Assembly (NCBI GenBank): GCA_963575745.1
Contig: CAUYUJ010000335.1
Span: forward strand, 62,001-115,174
DNA from: Prorocentrum cordatum
Lineage: Eukaryota
Length of the DNA: 53,174 nt
Direction: 5' to 3'
Below are positions 27,078 to 39,947 of this stretch, piece by piece. A program made the translations under genes and the position numbers. The notes below the pieces were generated by a model that ran no database searches, had not been told where the DNA came from, and saw only the letters and a program-made list of their open reading frames with translations. Numbering within the stretch: position 1 is the first letter of the stretch; each line of letters opens with the position of its first letter.

Positions 27078-28007
27078 TACACTTCGTGCTCTTCGACCTC
27101 CCAGAACTCAATTCCCGGGCCACATGAATGCCCGGAGCCAACTGTAGGCCACTTCGTGCTCTTCGACTTCCCAGAACTCCACTCCCGGGCCACATTTTGG
27201 ATGCCCGGAGCCAACTATAAGCCACTTCGTGCTCTTCGAGTTCCCAGAACTCCACTCCCGGCCCACATTTTGAATGCCCGGAACCAACTGTAGGCCACTT
27301 CGTGCTCTTCGAGTTCCCAGAACTCCGTTCCCGGGCCACATTCTGAATGCCCGGAGCCAACTGTAGGCTACTTCGTGGTCTTCGAGTTCCCAGAACTCCA
27401 TTCCTGGGCCACAGTTTAAATGCCCGGAGCCAACTGTAGGCCACTTCGTGCTCTTCGAGTTCCCAGAACTCCACTCCTGGGCATGATTTTGAATGCCCGG
27501 AGCCAACTGCAGGCCACTTCGTGGTCTTCGAGTTCTCAGAACTCCATTCCTGGGCATGATTTTGAATGCCCGGAGCCAACTGCAGGCCACTTCGTGTTCT
27601 TCGAGTTCCCAGAACTCCACTCCCGGCCCACATTTTGAATGCCCGGAACCAACTGTAGGCCACTTCGTGCTCTTCGAGTTCCCAGAACTCCGTTCCCGGG
27701 CCACATTCTGAATGCCCGGAGCCAACTGTAGGCTACTTCGTGGTTTTCGAGTTCCCAGAACTCCATTCCTGGGCCACAGTTTAAATGCCCGGAGCCAACT
27801 GTAGGCCACTTCGTGCTCTTCGAGTTCCCAGAACTCCACTCCTGGGCATGATTTTGAATGCCCGGAGCCAACTGCAGGCCACTTCGTGGTCTTCGAGTTC
27901 TCAGAACTCCATTCCTGGGCATGATTTTGAATGCCCGGAGCCAACTGCAGGCCACTTCGTGTTCTTCGAGTTCCCAGAACTCCACTCCCGGGCCACATTT
28001 TGAATGC
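27078..28007. repeat. 73-bp minisatellite B, about 12.7 copies, with a 365-bp (5-unit) higher-order duplication
   Basis: ACTTCGTG at 27151, 27224, 27297 and onward. The pattern of variant units repeats at a 365-bp offset (near-identical ORFs at 27420 and 27785). Confidence 0.97.
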
Positions 28008-29356
28008 TGAGGCACGCTGAGGCTGAGGCTGAGGCAGGCTGAGGCTGAGGCAGGCTGAGGCTGAGGCCGAGGCTGAAGGCAGACTGAGGCTTAGGCTGAA
28101 GCAGGCTGAGGCTGAGGCTGAGGCTGAGGCTGAGGCTGAAGCAGGCTGAGGCTGAGGCAGGCTGAGGCTGAAGCTCAGGCTGATGCAGGCTGAGGCTGAG
28201 GCAGGCTGAGGCTGAGGCCGAGGCTGGAGGCAGACTGAACCCGAGGCTGAAGCAGGCTGAGGCTGAGGCTAAGGCAGGCTGAGGCTGAGGCTGAGGCAGG
28301 CTGATGCTGAGGCAGGCTGAGGCTGAGGCTCAGGCTGATGCAGGCTGAGGCTTAGGCAGGCTGTGGCTGAGGCCGAGGCTGAAGGCAGACTGAGGCTGAG
28401 GCTGAAGCAGGCAGAGGCTGAGGCTGAGGCAGGCTGAGGCTGAGGCTGAGGCAGGCTGAGGCTGAGGCTGAGGCTGAGGCAGGGTGAGGCTGAGGCAGGC
28501 TGAGGCTGAGGCCGAGGCTGAAGGCAGACTGAGGCTGAGGCTGAAGCAGGCTGAGGCTGAGGCTGAGGCAGGCTGAGGCTGAGGCAGGCTGAGGCTGAGG
28601 CTGTGGCTGAGGCTGAGGCTGAGGCTGGCAGGCTGATGCTGAGGCAGGCTGAGGCTGAGGCTGAGGCTGATGCAGGCTGAGGCTGAGGCAGGCTGAGGCT
28701 GAGGCCGAGGCTGAAGGCAGACTGAGGCTGAGGCTGAAGCAGGCTGAGGCTGAGGCTAAGGCTGAGGCAGGCTGAGGCTGAGGCTGAGGCAGGCTGATGC
28801 TGAGGCAGGCTGAGGCTGAGGCTGAGGCTGATGCAGGCTGAGGCTGAGGCAGGCTGAGGCTGAGGCCGAGGCTGAAGGCAGACTGAGGCCGAGGCTGAAG
28901 CAGGCTGAGGCTGAGGCTGAGGCAGGCTGAGGCTGAGGCTGAGGCAGGCTCAGGCTGAGGCAGGCTGAGCTGAGGCTGAGGCAGGGATATGCTTGCCTGA
29001 AGTCAGGCATGAGGCTGAGGCCGAGGCTGAAGGCGAAACTGAAGCTGAGGCTGAGCAGGCTGAGCTGAGGGGAGGCGTAGGCTGAGCTGAAATCGACTGA
29101 TGCTGAGGCCTGAGGCTGAAGCCGAGGCTGAGGCTGAGGCTGAGGCTGAGGCTGAGGCGGCTGAGGCTGAGGCTGAAGCAGGCTGAAGGCTGAGGCAGGC
29201 TGAGGCTGAGGCTGAGGCTGATGAGGCAGGCTGAGGCTGAGGCAGGCTGAGGCTGAGGCCGAGGCTGAAGGCAGACTGAGGCTGAGGCTGAAGCAGGCTG
29301 AAGCTGAGGCTGAGGCAGGCTGAGGCTGAGGCTGAGGCAGGCTGAGGCTGAGGCTG
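28005..29356. repeat. (GCTGAG)n hexamer satellite with GCAG and GAAG interruptions
   Basis: Direct reading of the sequence. Confidence 0.97.
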
Positions 29357-30394
29357 TGACTGCGACTGCCGTTGCCACTGCGACTTTCATCGCGAATGCG
29401 ACTGCGACTGCGAGAACAGCAGAATTCTACAACTGGATTCTCATGTGAATCTTAAGGGGAATGCTTCCATATATGCTCCTACACATCGCTGTTAGGTTGC
29501 TTTGCTGGGATGAATTTATTGGGGGGGGGGCAACGCCCGTTACGGGGAGGGGTCCGGTCCCAAGTTGGGGGTAACGGTAACGCGCGGCGGGGCCCTCGCA
29601 CGGGCCCTGCTACTCATTACCAGCACAACTGTCGGCACGGTAGGCTTCGTCGTCGTCGTCGTCGTCGTCGCCGCTGTCGTCGTCGTCGAAGCCGACCGTG
29701 CCTGTGCACACTACACAGGCTCTGTACACCGCGATGCCTTTGTACACCACAACTGCGGCAGAAATGGTATGTGTGTGCACCACGGCGACTGAGCACATCA
29801 CGACAGGCGGGTGCACCACAGCGCCCTTGTACATCTCACTGTTGGTGCACACCACGGCGCCCGCGTGCACCACAGCTGCTGTTTCAATGCCCCGTGTTTG
29901 CACCAGAATGCCAGCGTACACCACAAAGCTTGTGTACACCTGTAAGGTACCGGCGGGGCGAAAGTCCAGAAGATCGCTCGGGACCCAACCGTGGCCCTTT
30001 CACTATGTGAGCTGATTGTGGATCTTAGGTTTTCTGGTTCAAAAAGCGTTCGGACCTGTTGGGCCCACAGCGCCTGTGTACTCCATTGCGACTGTGTACA
30101 TCATGGGAACGTGAACCGTGGCGCCTGTGTATACCACATGGCATGTGTGCACCACAAAGCTTGTGTACGGTTTTTTTGTGCGGAGTGTAAACCACGCACC
30201 GTGGGGCCGCGCGGGGCGGCGGCAGCCTAGGGAACTCAGGAAGCAGGAATTCCCTGCACAGGCACAAGGCCCTTGAGACATGGGTCGACGGCTGGAGCGT
30301 GCACGCGGGTGCGTCGTCGTCGTCGCCGTCAGTTGCGACGGCGACCGGGGGGGCGACGGCGGCGGCGGCGACACGGGCGGCGGCGACGGCGACC

Positions 30395-30427
<33 letters not shown>

Positions 30428-31059
30428 ACGGCGACGACGCCGACGGCGGCAAGCGGCGGCAGCGGCGGTGAAGGTGACCGCCGCCGCCGTCACCGCCGTC
30501 TTCGTCGCCGCCGATGCCGCCGTCGCCGTCGCCGCCACCGCCGCCGCCGTGTCCGCAGCCAGTTGCCGACAGCTTCAGTAGCGCTCGGGGCCCACTTGCT
30601 GGATACACATGCGGGGGGCAGGCGTGGCCAGCCGCGCGAGGTAGGAGGGCCGAGCGCTGGAAGGACATGCGGCCACATCCGCGCGCAGGTCTCGCCCAGT
30701 CCAGCCCCTTGCACCAGCACAGGGAAAATGGAGGGAGGACAGTGGTAGTAGTCATAATGATATTGTGAGAGTGCACCGGCTGGTTGCGCCATGGCTTGCC
30801 CGATGCGTTACACCACACGTTGTGCTTGCGTACAATTACCTGCGCCATAGGTTGAGCCGTAAGCTGCGCCATAGGATGCGCCCCCAGGGCGTGCCATAGC
30901 TTGCGCCATAGGTTGCGCACCCAGGGCGCCCCACAAATCGCGCCTTACGTTGCGCCTTAGGTTGCGCCCTCAGGGCGTGCCATAGGTTGCGTCGATGGTT
31001 GCGCCACAGGTTGCGCCAAAGGCGGGGCCACTTTGTGGCGCTGCGTTTCAACGGAACTC

Positions 31060-31179
31060 CTGGTGCGCGCACTGTTCGGGGAAACGTCGTGCTGGCAGGC
31101 GGGCGTCGGGACTCCGGGTGCAGCCCGCAGGATAATGATAACGGACGCGGCAGGGATGACGACGACCATTCTGTGGCAC
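31060..31179 (-). CDS. Host gene candidate exon (VPQNGRRHPCRVRYHYPAGCTRSPDARLPARRFPEQCAHQ)
   Basis: CAG|G acceptor and CAG|GA donor; 120 nt; phase 0/0; weaker codon bias than the other exons. Confidence 0.5.
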
Positions 31180-31510
31180 CTGTGGCGCGCCACACCGCCG
31201 ATCAAGTGCTAAAGCGCAGTGCCCGTTGGCACTGCCTCCGATCCTGTTCCAACCGTCCTCGTCCTCCTCGTCCTCCTCGTCCTCCTCGTCCTCCTCGTCC
31301 TCCTCGTCCTCCTCCTCCTCCTCCTCCTCCTCCTCCTCCTCCTCCCTCTGCCTCGCTCCCCCCTCCCCCCAGGAGGTGAGAGGAGGTGGAGGGCACGAGC
31401 ACTGGAGGGAGTGCAGAAGCAAGGCGAAGGAGGTGGAAGGGCCAGGCCGGAACCCGTTGAAAGGTTCGCGCCGAGGGATGCGAACCTCGAACCTCGAGGA
31501 TCGAGGCATC

Positions 31511-31570
31511 CTGGCCCTCGAGGGCCTTCGTCGTCACCGCGGCTGGACGCGGCTCGGGAAACTGGTGCAT
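31511..31570 (-). CDS. Host gene candidate exon (MHQFPEPRPAAVTTKALEGQ)
   Basis: CAG|A acceptor and CAG|GA donor; 60 nt; phase 0/0. More exons may lie upstream. Confidence 0.45.
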
Positions 31571-31849
31571 CTGAGCCCCAGTCGGGCCCCGTGGACCCAT
31601 TTTGAGTTTGCGCCGAGGTTCGAACCTCGAACCTCGAACCTGAGCACACATGTGAGCGTCACAGCATGCCTGCCTGGACGGAGGGGGGGTCCGCACCCCC
31701 GTCCCCGTACGCTCGTTACGGTTACGAGGGGGGGGGGGGGGACGCGCCCCCGTAACGGTGCGTTTACGAGAGGGGGTGGTCGGACCCGTAGCGGGGAAGA
31801 AAAGTACAAGTGTCACGCGCGCCATGGCTCTTGCACAAAAGGAGGGGGG

Positions 31850-35362
<3,513 letters not shown>

Positions 35363-35439
35363 AAAAACAAGCTCCTGGGGCCCTTGTCAGAACCGCCCCT
35401 GCCTTTGAACTTTGAAGAAGCCCACCCCCTCCCCTGGTG

Positions 35440-35940
35440 CTAACCCCCTTCCCAGGCATCCGACGTCATGCTTTCTTCACAGCGTGGCTCCCCAGAGGTC
35501 TGGACCCCTTCATGGGACCAGCGTTTCCTCCCGAGCCGTTTCCTGACGGCACCGCAGCCTAGCGGAGGCAGCCGGAGGCCAAAACTTGTGGAAAACCGTC
35601 CGCCGTGATTTTTCCACGACGCGAGCCCAAACATAATCCGATAATCTATCCAATCAGCGCCCCAGAGCTCCCGCCCAGAAACAGCCCCTGGGACCAGAAG
35701 CGGCCCCAATGACGAAATGAAGGATTTGGACGCCCGAACTGGGTACGGAGAGCATCGGTACAATGCCAAACAACAAATGTTGTCCAAGAAGGACAGCGGC
35801 CGCTGTTGGGCAGGCGGCTTTTTGTCTACAGAGAACAACGCCAGCGGCGGCGCGGACAGCGAGTCCTGTTCAAGATGAGCAGGAACTGCTGTTGGACATC
35901 GTGCCCATTCTTTCCATACCTATTTCGATCGTCCCGAAAG
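35440..35940 (-). pseudogene. Possible decayed retroelement RT/RNase H fragment
   Basis: The minus-strand frame reads ..FLDN..WIDYRI..GLAS..TSDA.., an order reminiscent of DIRS-type RT followed by RNase H. The resemblance is very weak. Confidence 0.2.
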
Positions 35941-35989
35941 GAAGGCGCCGAGTGAACTAACCACATCGACGGAGGTCTGGGGTCTGGGA

Positions 35990-36134
35990 TTAGGTCGGGC
36001 ACGTCCCCCTACCGGCGGATTTGGGAAACATAATAAATACACAAAAAAAACGCAAAGATTATCAAACATAGTCGAAAAATCGTCCCCTGACTATTTGTGA
36101 ACATTCCTCCAGTAGAGGGACGTGCCCGACTTAA
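35990..36134. mobile_element. hAT-like MITE, copy 5
   Basis: 23-bp TIR TTAGGTCGGGCACGTCCCCCTAC / GTAGAGGGACGTGCCCGACTTAA (2 mismatches); perfect 8-bp TSD GTCTGGGA. Confidence 0.9.
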
Positions 36135-37162
36135 GTCTGGGAGTGGGGCGTTTGCTCGGATGACTGGCTGGGCCCCCGAAGGGCGGCCGCGGGCGAAGCC
36201 CGTGCCTTCGCTAGAAGTGGCTGGCGGGGGCCGCGAGCTTACTCCTCAGGGAGCCTGCGACTGAGAGGCATCAGGGAGGTCTGGTCTGGGAGGAGTCGGC
36301 GGCGAGCGAGGAGGGGAAGTGAGGAGAAGGCCCTCTCAGGAGGCGGCGGGACTTCTCAGAAGCGCTCGCGCCTTCTGACAAGCATTTTTTTAATGTATTC
36401 GGGGAAGGATTCGAAGACTTCTCAGAACGCCGGGGGGCTTCCGAACGTTCTGAAAAGGCCTTTCTTCTCGTTTCGCTCCCTCGCTCGCCGCCGAAGGAGG
36501 TCAGAGTCACCCGCTGGAGGTCGGCAACTTTGAAGGGTGCAGTTTGCAACCCGCGCCCTGGGGGGCGGGCGACGACCTCGACATTGCTCTCAGCCGCGCC
36601 CCGACGAGGACTCCTCAAACCTTTGGCGCAACATGGTGCCCCCAGGCCAGGCGGAGCACACCGCAAAAAAAACGAGGGGGCCACAACCCCCCCAGGCGAG
36701 CCATTTTGGACCCCCCCGACTAGCCATGAAAGGGCGGCCTATTCCCCAGATCCCCCTGGAACCCTCCAAAACAGCTCCAATCAGACCCCCAAAAATCTAG
36801 GCGAACGAACAATGACTTAAACATAAAAGCTCGGAGGTCCGCGCGGATTTCTCGAATCGGCGCTTGAGACCCCTGGCGCCGGCTCCGCGCGCCAAGGAGC
36901 TCCGCGCGCCAAGGAATGGGGGTCCAACGCCGATCCGAGAAACCCACACGGACCTCAGAGTTGTTATGTTTATGTCAGTGTTCGTTCCCCCGAAAATCAG
37001 ACCACCATTTTTTGCTGTGGAATCCAGAAAACTACACCCCAGCTGTTTCGTTCCCACGTCGCGGCCCCAGCGCTTCAGACGTTTTCCCCTGGGATAGGTT
37101 TCAGCCCTAGGCCAATCATTGATGGTCCTGCGAACCAGGGGCCCCTGTTGCTGAAACTAGGA

Positions 37163-37322
37163 ACACGTCGGGCATGCCTTCCTGCAGGCGGATTGGGGAA
37201 GACAACTTGGAAAATATCCGAAACATATTCAAACAAGCCCAAAACATCGAATATACATCCCGGGGCTGCTTTTTTAAACTGTGTTTGTATATTCCTCCTG
37301 TAGAAGGACGCGCCAAACTTAA
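37163..37322. mobile_element. hAT-like MITE, copy 6; further tandem fragments at 37616-38365
   Basis: Same family; TSD aactagga/acctagga. Confidence 0.72.
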
Positions 37323-38407
37323 ACCTAGGACGGCAATCGCCGATGCCGAAGGTCCGCCCGCCTTGCGAGAACGGCGCCCGTGCACCGTGCCATGTTGTGG
37401 ACTCCGATCAGGTCCCGCTCCAGCCGCGGTACGGCGCACACTCTGAAGGCCGAGCACCTATGCAGGATACCATTGCTTGATCGAAGATTGGCAACGCCTC
37501 GGGGGACGCCCACGCGGCAAGGCGCACGCCTCGCCACCAGTCGGGCGGCCGCTCCCTGTCGGCCTCGTGCGCATGTTCCTTCGCGAGATGATCCAAAGTA
37601 GTCCTCGATAGGCCATTAAGTCGGGCCTGTCCCCCGACAGGCGGATTCTGGAGGAAGAATGAAAATTTGTCACAGCCCCAAGAAAATACACAAACGCCAA
37701 ACATTGCAACAACCCAAACCCCCTACTATCTTAGGGCGGAATCCGCCTGTCCCCCGACAGGCTGATTCTGGAAGAAGAATGAAAAATTGCAACACAAAAA
37801 AACGCCAAAAATTGCAACAACCAGAAGTTCCCCTACCATTTTAAAAACCATGTTTGATTATTCCACCTGTAGAGAAACACGCCCGACTCAAAGAAAGCAT
37901 GCTTTCGTAGTCAGCGGCCGAAAGACGGTCGGACAGCAGCCGAGCAGCAGCGGCCAAAACTGTAACAACAAAAAGTTTCCCTACTATGGTAAAAAAACTA
38001 TGTTTGACTATTCCCCTGTGGAGGGACAGGCCCGACAGGCGGATTTTGGAGGAAGAATGGAAAATTGCGACAGCCAAACAAATAGTACACAAACGCCGGA
38101 CATTGCAACAACAAAAAGTCCCCCTACCATTATATATATATAATATATATATATATTATATATATATATATAAATGTTTGACTATTCCACCTGTAGAGAA
38201 ACAGGCCAGACTCAAAGAAAGCATGCTTTCGTAGTCAGCGGCCGAAAGACGGTCGGACAGCAGCCGGGGCGCGGCAGGGCACGACGGGCCGAGGGCGCGA
38301 TGGCGCGAGGCGGCCAAAGGGGCTGGGATTAGGTCGGGCCTGTCCCCCTACTGGCGGGCTTCGGAAAAATTATATACATACAAATTGTGTGTTATATATA
38401 TACATAT

Positions 38408-38537
38408 ATCGCTCGCGCGCCTTCTTTTCCAGGCGCGCTGCACCAGCAGCGTCTTGCAGCGAGGCGCGGCTAGGCAGACACTTTGGGTCAAGCCTCGGAG
38501 CCGCTGCCGAGCGAGGCCGGCCTCGCAGCCCTCACCA
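38408..38537 (-). repeat. Split direct repeat B2 (130 bp)
   Basis: Matches B1 (38732-38861) with 3 mismatches. Confidence 0.97.
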
Positions 38538-38654
38538 AAATGGTGGTAACTCGCCGGGGAGGCGGTGGAGCACATGGCACCCTCACCTTGGGCATCCTTC
38601 CGAGAGGCGGTAAAACTCCCGTGTTGGAACGGGCGCCTGGCGGGGTCGAGGAGG

Positions 38655-38861
38655 CCTGAAAAGGCTGTGGAATCACCGGCGCCGCGATAGGCCCGCTCCT
38701 ACCTCCTACCGTCGGGGCGGTGCTGACTCCAATCGCTCGCACGCCTTCTTTTCCAGGCGCGCTGCACCAGCAGTGTCTTGCAGCGAGGCGCGGCTAGGCA
38801 GACACTTTGGGTCAAGCCTCGGAGCCGCTGCCGAGCGAGGCCGGCCTCGCAGCCCGCACCA
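38655..38861 (-). repeat. Internal B1-A2 junction (copy of the circle junction)
   Basis: A2 (38655-38733) abuts B1 (38732-38861) and shares the dinucleotide AT. Confidence 0.95.
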
Positions 38862-38954
38862 CTGACTGGCGTAGCCGAGGACCACAACCACACGCCCCAT
38901 GGCTGGCCGGCAATCCCAAACCATTCACTGCCTGAGCGAAGCCGAAGGCGAACA

Positions 38955-39947
38955 TCACCACGTGGACCACCACCTGCAGAGGCACCTAACAATCTCCGCA
39001 CTTTCGGCGGGTAACTGCAGCAGCACCAATGCGGCCGTGCTATCCTCAATGTAGATGCGCGCTGTTCGTGGGTTCTGCCATCGGCCTCGTACGATCGTCG
39101 CGTCCACGCTCTGGACCTTTGTGAAGTGCCACGAAACCCCCCCTCTCCGTAGGGAGTACGGCTGGAACCCTACGTGCTCAAGGCGGGTGAACTTCAGGAG
39201 AGCTTGGAATGCCCTCGAAAAGGCGCCCCCCCTCTGGCGGACGAGGGGGTCGTCGTCAGAAAGGTCGCACATGGCCCGCTGCAGCAAGGTCAGAATGACG
39301 CGGTCCACGAAGTGCACCGCCTCCCGGGCCCTCTTTCTCCCGGCAGTCTTGGTCGACTCCAATGCTATGAAGACCGTGTTGGACTCAGGGAAGAGCCGGA
39401 CATGGCGTTTCTCGAGCGACAAAAGCTCGGCAGTCCGAAGAAATGCAGTAAATCCAACCAGAAGCCCTGCGGCCAACCTCAAATCCCCCGCCTGGGCCGC
39501 AGCGGAGGCCAGAGCAGCCACAATATGCTTCGGGAACGGCGTGGCTCTAGTGGGCACGACTGTCGAATTCCAATTGTTGTAGAACAGCCAACTCGTGTTG
39601 AGGTGGTGCTTGCATTGTGGGAAGAAGCGCTGCAGGCCGCTCAGGAGGTGGCCGCAGAAGCCGATGGGCTCACCTTCCTGCCAACACTCGTTGATGAACT
39701 CAGACACAATGTGATCGAGTTCCGACAACGACGTGGGCAGGGCGAGGGACCTGGCTTGCAAGAAGAAGAAGAAGAAGGCGTTAACAGCTCGGCGGTATAC
39801 CTGGAACGCGCGCGGAGCGATGCCGACATAGCGCAGGTGCCGGCGAACCGGCCCACCAGGATTACGGGCGCGACGGCCCTGCTGACGAAGCACCGGCATT
39901 CCTCGAGGCAAAGTCGCTAAAGTTCCACGCAAAAACCGTCCAGGCAT
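38955..39947 (-). CDS. Tyrosine recombinase of the DIRS-like element
   Basis: Catalytic motifs FLRTAEL (R), KT (K), YSLRRGG (Y in place of H in HxxR), GRW (W) and RIYI (Y). ATG at 39947 or 39899; overlaps the 3' end of pol. Confidence 0.93.
   Translation of the reverse strand: MPGRFLRGTLATLPRGMPVLRQQGRRARNPGGPVRRHLRYVGIAPRAFQVYRRAVNAFFFFFLQARSLALPTSLSELDHIVSEFINECWQEGEPIGFCGHLLSGLQRFFPQCKHHLNTSWLFYNNWNSTVVPTRATPFPKHIVAALASAAAQAGDLRLAAGLLVGFTAFLRTAELLSLEKRHVRLFPESNTVFIALESTKTAGRKRAREAVHFVDRVILTLLQRAMCDLSDDDPLVRQRGGAFSRAFQALLKFTRLEHVGFQPYSLRRGGVSWHFTKVQSVDATIVRGRWQNPRTARIYIEDSTAALVLLQLPAESAEIVRCLCRWWSTW

Noticed and set aside
38538..38654. Self-cleaving ribozyme in the DIRS A2-B2 spacer
   Set aside because: No hammerhead core (CTGANGA...GAAA) or convincing HDV fold could be seen by eye; an Infernal search would be needed.
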